DNA of 5,988 nt from a virus (taxonomy: Duplodnaviria > Heunggongvirae > Uroviricota > Caudoviricetes): positions 1 to 5,988 of the IMG/VR virus record IMGVR_UViG_2534681774_000011, one strand, 5' to 3'. The stretch's first letter is position 1. Each line of letters starts with the position of its first letter. Both the position numbers and the translations under genes were made by a program. This document shows, in pieces, positions 5,897-5,988 of this stretch. The notes under the pieces were generated by a model, which saw nothing but the letters and a program-made list of their open reading frames with translations, did not search any database and had not been told where the DNA came from.

Positions 5897-5988
5897 ATGG
5901 CAACGTTGACAAAAAAAGAACAGGCATGGTTGAACGAATTACAGGACGTTCTTGATCGCTGTCCATCACCGAAAAAAATTGGTTTTTA
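5897..5988 (+). CDS. 5' end of a further gene running off the window (MATLTKKEQAWLNELQDVLDRCPSPKKIGF...), function unknown
   Basis: ATG 5897 lies 1 nt after the preceding TGA (5893-5895) with SD AAGGA (5884-5888). The frame is open to the window edge. Only 30 codons are visible. Confidence 0.4.
   Translation, partial: MATLTKKEQAWLNELQDVLDRCPSPKKIGF

Noticed and set aside
5700-5969. 89-aa minus-strand ORF antisense to the small membrane-protein gene
   Set aside because: The + strand ORFs here have SD sequences and abutting stop/start signals consistent with the upstream operon, and the minus ORF has no comparable signals. Some uncertainty remains because the region is AT-rich.
1-5988. tRNA, rRNA, CRISPR array, integrase, transposase or IS element
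   Set aside because: No cloverleaf-like or rRNA-like segments, no regularly spaced direct repeats, and no ORF with recombinase or transposase motifs were seen in any frame.

Overview
The window reads as the replication and maintenance end of a P2-family (Peduovirus-like) temperate phage or closely related integrative element, with all supported genes on the + strand. From 5' to 3': the tail of an upstream ORF and a 121-aa small ORF; a large gpA-like HUH rolling-circle replication initiator (ORF 1105-3420, with the motifs VEPHHDGTVHWHMMVF and YIATYIGK) whose N-terminal part appears to lie in a different frame (599-1060), implying a frameshift or homopolymer error near 970-980; directly downstream, a ParM/ParR (StbA/StbB, actin-type) partition cassette preceded by two copies of a palindrome-containing repeat; a perfect 10-bp-stem hairpin; then an increasingly AT-rich, translationally coupled string of small genes (a standalone ClpX-type C4 zinc-ribbon protein, two unknowns, a small single-TM membrane protein, and the start of another gene running off the window). 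The position downstream of gene A corresponds to the variable cargo locus of P2-like phages, so the small-gene string is the best candidate for an uncharacterised accessory (anti-host or defence) module. No rRNA, tRNA, CRISPR array, integrase or transposase was seen. All homology statements rest on reading the translations and on recalled family features, not on database searches.
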